Shown here one piece after another: positions 59,341 to 64,000 of a stretch of 64,000 bases of DNA; position 1 is the first letter of the stretch; every line of letters starts with the position of its first letter. The stretch spans positions 34,257 to 98,256 of the forward strand of contig JAUYHF010000014.1 in assembly GCA_030690165.1 (NCBI GenBank), written 5' to 3'. The notes beneath the pieces are model-generated. The model searched no databases and was not told where the DNA came from. It was given only the letters and a program-made list of their open reading frames with translations. The translations under genes were made by a program, and so were the position numbers. The DNA is from Deltaproteobacteria bacterium (lineage in GTDB: Bacteria > Desulfobacterota > GWC2-55-46 > UBA9637).

Positions 59341-60141
59341 TCAAAGGGTTTTATCTCTCAATCTAACCTCCACCTCATCACCTTTTTCAGCCCCCAACTC
59401 CCTGCTTGCATCCCCATCCCTCTTTGCTATCTCCAGAAGATTGCTGCTGCCGATGAGACCGACGGGTTCGCCCTGTTTCGCATAGACGTATGAGGGAACA
59501 AGTTTCTTTATTATACAACTGCCAACCCTAATCTCAAATGATTTATTCTTAAAAATCTTTTTCAGCAGCCCTTCATCTATATTTGTAATGAGATTTCCAA
59601 ATCTGTCAATATGGATTATCCGGCCAGTGATTTTTCCATATCTTGCAACAGGTTTTTTAACATCTAAACTCGTCAGCATCTTTATCTTTTTCCCAAATAT
59701 GCTGGGGTCAATGCCAAGTGATAAATATGCCGCAACAGGAGAAAATATATCCCTTCCGTGGAATGTAGCTCTCACATTACCGAGAAAATAATCTTTGTTC
59801 GTAAGGTGTATCTTTCGTTTAATCTTTTCTCTTTGCAGGGCAATGCTGAAGATGCCGTTGTCAGGGCCGACAAAGAAATATCTGTCTGTTTCAATGAGTA
59901 TAGGTCTTCTTTTTCCTCCGACTCCTGGGTCAACTATTGCCATATGAATTGTGCCTTTTGGAAAGAATGGCACAGACTGGGATAAAACAAACGCGCCTGC
60001 TGCGATGTCCTGAGGAGAAATCTGGTGAGATATGTCAACTATGACTGCATCGGGATTTATGGAGAGGATAACCCCTTTCATTGCGCCTGCATAGCCGTCT
60101 TCTGTTCCAAAGTCTGTTAAAAGGGTTATTATCCTTCCCAT
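59341..60141 (-). CDS. S-adenosyl-L-methionine hydroxide adenosyltransferase family protein (DUF62, fluorinase/chlorinase-like)
   Basis: N-terminus ITLLTDFGTEDGYAGAMKGVI and ...HMAIVDPGVGG...FHGRDIFSP, the hallmarks of the family. Confidence 0.75.
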   Translation of the reverse strand: MGRIITLLTDFGTEDGYAGAMKGVILSINPDAVIVDISHQISPQDIAAGAFVLSQSVPFFPKGTIHMAIVDPGVGGKRRPILIETDRYFFVGPDNGIFSIALQREKIKRKIHLTNKDYFLGNVRATFHGRDIFSPVAAYLSLGIDPSIFGKKIKMLTSLDVKKPVARYGKITGRIIHIDRFGNLITNIDEGLLKKIFKNKSFEIRVGSCIIKKLVPSYVYAKQGEPVGLIGSSNLLEIAKRDGDASRELGAEKGDEVEVRLRDKTL

Positions 60142-60154
60142 GCCGATAGCTCTT

Positions 60155-60472
60155 TTAAGAGGTTTCTGAATCTGGTTCTTGAACGGATACGGACGAGTTT
60201 TTGTTCTTTGCCTTTATCCTGTCCAGCCTTTCTCTTATTTCCACCGGCAGATGGATGCCTTCAAAATCCATCTCTGATAGAAGTTCCATTAAAATATCAA
60301 CCTTTTCGCCGGTATAGAGTTTTTTGTGGATAATAATGCGCCTTTCACCCTTCAGCACAAAGGAGCCGCCGGGTGTGTTTACCTCGCCTTTTCTTAAATC
60401 ATCATAAGAGACCTTTATGGTGAGTTTTTCCGCAGCCTCTTCCAGAAGAGGAAGTATTATTTCATCTTTCAT
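60155..60472 (-). CDS. Hypothetical protein (105 aa)
   Basis: ORF only. Acidic C-terminal tail. Confidence 0.3.
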   Translation of the reverse strand: MKDEIILPLLEEAAEKLTIKVSYDDLRKGEVNTPGGSFVLKGERRIIIHKKLYTGEKVDILMELLSEMDFEGIHLPVEIRERLDRIKAKNKNSSVSVQEPDSETS

Positions 60473-60567
60473 ATGACATGACTTTTACCTTAATTGTCCC
60501 AAAAATGCAAATGTATTTTGAGAAAATTGATTGACATAACGCCGCAGCGGAGGTTACTATTTTTTCT

Positions 60568-62535
60568 ATGGAAAGCCTTCCTTTACTCAGAGACATTATA
60601 ATACTGATGGGCGTGTCTGTCCCTATTATTTTTGTTTTCCACCGTCTTGGCATGCCGACAATTGTCGGCTTTCTTGCTACAGGCGTCATTATCGGCCCGC
60701 ATGGTTTTGGGCTGATTACCGAGGCAGGCACTGTAGAGCTCCTTGCCCAGATTGGCGTTGTTATGCTCCTTTTTACCATCGGCCTTGAGCTTTCCTTTGC
60801 AAAACTCAGAAATGTAGGCAGGGAGGCTGTTATCGGCGGCGGGCTTCAGATAATATTTACAACTGCCATTGTAATTATTATTGCCGGGATATTTAAAGAG
60901 CCTTTACCACAGGCCATGCTTTTTGGATTTATAATAGCGCAGAGCAGCACTGCTATAATACTCAAGATTCTGAGCGACAGAGGTGAAATAGATTCCTCTC
61001 ATGGCCGGCTTTGTATGGGCATAGTAATTGTCCAGGACATTGCCGTTGTTCCCATGGTCATTTTGCTTCAGCATATTGGAAAGGTTGAGGGCATAACCGC
61101 TTTTCTTGTCGCAAAAAGCATATTGACAGCCGGCCTGGCTGTGGCTGCAATCCTCACGGCTGCCTATATCCTTGTGCCGAGGATACTATATCAGGTTGTA
61201 AAATTACGGAATAGAGAGATCTTTATCATAACAGCCTTATTCCTATGTCTTGGGATCGCATGGCTTACATCAAGGGTTGGTCTGTCTCTGGCTATCGGCG
61301 CATTTATTGCCGGGCTTGTAATATCGGAATCCGAATACAGCCATCAGATAGTGGCAGAGGTGCTGCCTTTCAGGGATGTTTTTTCCAGCCTCTTTTTTAT
61401 ATCCATAGGCATGCTTCTTGAATTTAATTATTTTCTGTACCATCTGCCGTATATCTTTCCAATGGCCTGCGCAATTATCATACTAAAGATATTGGTTATT
61501 ATAGGCATTGGCCAGATACTTAGATACCCATTGCGCCTTGCCATAATTGTCGGCATAGGTCTTTCCAATATAGGCGAGTTTTCTTTTGTTCTTATGAAAG
61601 CAGGCGAAGAATACGGCCTTCTCTCAAAAGAGATGTATCAGACATTCATTGCCGCATCCATACTGACAATGCTTGCCATACCGCTCCTGTTTGAAAAGAG
61701 TCAGAGGATTGCCCTGCGGCTTACACATATATTCGGGGCAAAGGGAATATCTTTTACAGAGTCCGCTCCAAAGGGTCTTGCAAACCATGTGATTATCGCC
61801 GGTTACGGCCTGAACGGACGGAATACAGCAAACGTATTAAAGGCAACAGGAATAGAATATATCATTCTGGATATGAATGCAGATAGAATCAGCAAAGCCA
61901 AGAAAAAAGGACACAGGGCGCTTTTTGGCGATATAAGCCATCCTGAGATTTTAAAAAAGGCTGGCGTTAAAAGGGCAAGGATTATTGTGTTTGCCGTTTC
62001 AGACCCTGTTGCTACAAGGATGGCGCTGAAGGCTGCAAAGGATATAAACCCTTCTGTATATGCTATAACAAGAACCAGATACATAGGCGAGGTTGAGGCG
62101 CTTTATAAACTTGGCGCCAATCAGGTAATATCAGAGGAATTTGAGACATCTATTGAGATATTTGCCAGGGTTTTAGGTGAATATCATATTCCTACAAATA
62201 TCATACAAAACCAGATAGACCTTATCAGGCATGAAGGGTATGCAATGCTCAGGGACCTGTCTCTGCCAAAGGAAAGACTTATGGAGCTTTCCAGCTTATT
62301 TGCAGCCAGCATAACATCAACTTTCCTTGTAACAGAAGATTCTCAGGTAATAGGCAAGACACTGGTTGAACTGGATTTGAGGAAAAAGACAGGTACAACT
62401 ATCATTGCCATTGTCAGGGGCAGCAAGGCTGTTACAAGTTTATCCGCAAATCTTACAATACATACAGGAGATGTGCTGGTCTTGCTGGGCAGTCATGCAC
62501 AACTTGATCAGGCAGTAAAACTTTTAACAAGGTGA
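60568..62535 (+). CDS. kefB: Monovalent cation:proton antiporter (KefB/CPA2-type) with C-terminal RCK/TrkA-N and TrkA-C domains
   Basis: About 12 TM helices, then a Rossmann motif VIIAGYGLNGRN and an RCK C-terminal domain. Confidence 0.75.
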   Translation: MESLPLLRDIIILMGVSVPIIFVFHRLGMPTIVGFLATGVIIGPHGFGLITEAGTVELLAQIGVVMLLFTIGLELSFAKLRNVGREAVIGGGLQIIFTTAIVIIIAGIFKEPLPQAMLFGFIIAQSSTAIILKILSDRGEIDSSHGRLCMGIVIVQDIAVVPMVILLQHIGKVEGITAFLVAKSILTAGLAVAAILTAAYILVPRILYQVVKLRNREIFIITALFLCLGIAWLTSRVGLSLAIGAFIAGLVISESEYSHQIVAEVLPFRDVFSSLFFISIGMLLEFNYFLYHLPYIFPMACAIIILKILVIIGIGQILRYPLRLAIIVGIGLSNIGEFSFVLMKAGEEYGLLSKEMYQTFIAASILTMLAIPLLFEKSQRIALRLTHIFGAKGISFTESAPKGLANHVIIAGYGLNGRNTANVLKATGIEYIILDMNADRISKAKKKGHRALFGDISHPEILKKAGVKRARIIVFAVSDPVATRMALKAAKDINPSVYAITRTRYIGEVEALYKLGANQVISEEFETSIEIFARVLGEYHIPTNIIQNQIDLIRHEGYAMLRDLSLPKERLMELSSLFAASITSTFLVTEDSQVIGKTLVELDLRKKTGTTIIAIVRGSKAVTSLSANLTIHTGDVLVLLGSHAQLDQAVKLLTR

Positions 62536-63923
62536 AAAGTATGAAGGCTTTCATAGTAGCGGGAACTCATAGCGGAGTTGGCAAAACCACCATTGCCATT
62601 GGCCTTATGGCATTGCTTAAAAAAAGAGGCATGGCTGTTCAGCCTTTCAAGGTTGGGCCGGATTATATTGACCCATCTTACCATAGACTGGTTTGCGGAA
62701 GACCGTCCTACAACCTTGATACATGGATGGTAGGGGTTGATGGCGTTAAAAGGACTTTTGCAAAGGAAATGCAGGGCGCTGATATTGGGATTATTGAAGG
62801 TGTGATGGGACTTTTTGACGGAAAGGACGGCAGGGATGAACAGGGAAGCACAGCCCATGTTGCAAAGATTCTAAAGCTTCCTGTAATCCTAATTGTTGAC
62901 GCAAGAAGCATGGCAAGGAGCGCGGCTGCATTGGTTTACGGTTATGAAAGATTTGACCCCGCTGTGAAGATAGCCGGTATTATATTCAACAGGGTCGGCA
63001 GTGTCAGGCACTATAAGATGCTTAAAGAAGCAGTGGAGGCAAAATGTAAGGCAAAGGTGCTGGGCTATATCCCGCGTAATGAAGAGATAACACTCCCTGA
63101 AAGACATTTGGGGCTTGTGATGATGGAATGGACAATGAACAAGGGGCAAGGGGCAAAGTTTAAAAAACTTACATCAATGATAGAGAGGTTCGTTGATATT
63201 GATGAGATATTAAGATTAAGCTCAAGGTTCAGAGTTCAAGCTTCAAAGTCTTTCCACCGCATCACGCACCACGCATCACGCATTACGAGAATCGCCATTG
63301 CCAGGGACAATGCCTTTTGTTTCTATTATCAGGAAAATCTGGATATGCTGAAAGAGTTGGGCGCAGAGCTTGTTTTTTTCAGCCCTTTAAAGGATAAGAA
63401 ACTGCCTGCTGGCATAAACGGCATATATCTCGGCGGAGGGTATCCTGAGCTTTATGCAAGAAGGCTTGAGGCGAATAAGGCGCTCAGCAAAGAGATAAAG
63501 CTTATTGCAGATAGCGGCCTTCCAATCTATGCTGAATGCGGCGGGCTTATGTATCTTGGAAAAGGTTTGAAGGATTTTAAAGGGAAAAAATATGAAATGG
63601 TAGGAATATTCCCGTGGGTTTCAAGGATGCTGGAAAAAAGGAAGTCGCTGGGCTACAGAGAGGTAAGGGTTATTGATGGCTGCCCGTTTTTGAAAAAAGG
63701 TCAAAAAATTCTCGGACACGAATACCATTATTCGGAGATAGACACATTCTCTGATAAAATAAAAAGAGTTTATCAGTTCACAGTTCACGGTTCACAGGTC
63801 ACAGTTAAAGAAGGTTATTTATACAAGAATACGCTTGCCAGCTACATCCACCTTCATTTTGCAAGCAATCCCAAATTTGCAGAGGGGTTTGTAAGGGCGT
63901 GTTCCCTATGTCCTCCTTATTAA
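62532..63923 (+). CDS. cbiA: Cobyrinate a,c-diamide synthase (CobB/CbiA family). Contains two in-frame heptamer-repeat inserts.
   Basis: P-loop AGTHSGVGKTT, the motif PFKVGPDYIDP, and a C-terminal glutamine amidotransferase region (...YAECGGLMYLG...). Confidence 0.8.
   Translation: MKSMKAFIVAGTHSGVGKTTIAIGLMALLKKRGMAVQPFKVGPDYIDPSYHRLVCGRPSYNLDTWMVGVDGVKRTFAKEMQGADIGIIEGVMGLFDGKDGRDEQGSTAHVAKILKLPVILIVDARSMARSAAALVYGYERFDPAVKIAGIIFNRVGSVRHYKMLKEAVEAKCKAKVLGYIPRNEEITLPERHLGLVMMEWTMNKGQGAKFKKLTSMIERFVDIDEILRLSSRFRVQASKSFHRITHHASRITRIAIARDNAFCFYYQENLDMLKELGAELVFFSPLKDKKLPAGINGIYLGGGYPELYARRLEANKALSKEIKLIADSGLPIYAECGGLMYLGKGLKDFKGKKYEMVGIFPWVSRMLEKRKSLGYREVRVIDGCPFLKKGQKILGHEYHYSEIDTFSDKIKRVYQFTVHGSQVTVKEGYLYKNTLASYIHLHFASNPKFAEGFVRACSLCPPY
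63256..63289. repeat. In-frame ATCACGC/ACCACGC heptamer tract in cbiA
   Basis: ccaccgcatcacgcaccacgcatcacgcattacg encodes HRITHHASRITR. Confidence 0.55.
63783..63816. repeat. In-frame GTTCACA heptamer tract in cbiA
   Basis: cagttcacagttcacggttcacaggtcacagtta encodes QFTVHGSQVTV. Confidence 0.55.
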
Positions 63924-64000
63924 CTCAAATCTCCAAAAAACAAATATGCTCTCCAAGTCCAGCCTTTTAAAATATGGGGAGCACCACTCATTGCTTCCCT

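Overview
This 64 kb window reads as a chromosomal segment of an anaerobic bacterium of roughly 45% GC. Identification is by my own reading of the ORF translations and the nucleotide sequence; no searches were run. Core content: purH (partial); an ASKHA ATPase; the mlaFED-like ABC transporter; alr; an RpoH-like sigma factor; a split F-type ATP synthase (atpZ-I-B-E at 7.9-9.7 kb, atpF'-F-H-A-G-D-C at 34.8-40.6 kb); tRNA-Leu(CAA); a complete dcw cluster (mraZ-rsmH-ftsL-ftsI-murE-murF-mraY-murD-ftsW-murG-murC-murB-ddl-ftsQ-ftsA-ftsZ, 10.1-28.4 kb) with a sigma70-like promoter and an MraZ-type direct-repeat operator; an energy-metabolism cluster (mdh, two-subunit class I fumarate hydratase, hdrC-hdrB, hdrA, mvhD/flxD-flxC-flxB-flxA, sdhB-like and sdhA-like); rlpA; a U32 peptidase; a DUF62 SAM hydroxide adenosyltransferase; a KefB-type antiporter; cobB/cbiA. 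The unusual features are of two kinds. (1) Dense families of short palindromic repeats built from tandem 7-nt units. These include a ~95 bp TTGCAAA-based element docked exactly onto the start codons of four genes, in-frame TTGCAAA insertions inside murE, murG and ddl, and in-frame heptamer tracts in rpoH, murD, murE, murC, atpF and cobB. (2) Small accessory insertions into otherwise conserved operons: a secreted WD40 protein between hdrB and hdrA; a membrane protein plus an ORF6N-domain protein between hdrA and mvhD; a 2-TM membrane protein plus an MNT/HEPN pair between the sdhB-like and sdhA-like genes. There is also a ~4 kb island after ftsZ carrying a type II TA pair, a disrupted TPR gene, a 492-aa protein with a novel N-terminal region and a C-terminal SEC-C zinc motif, and a poly-A-frameshifted ORF6N pseudogene. 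No CRISPR array, rRNA or obvious transposase was seen.
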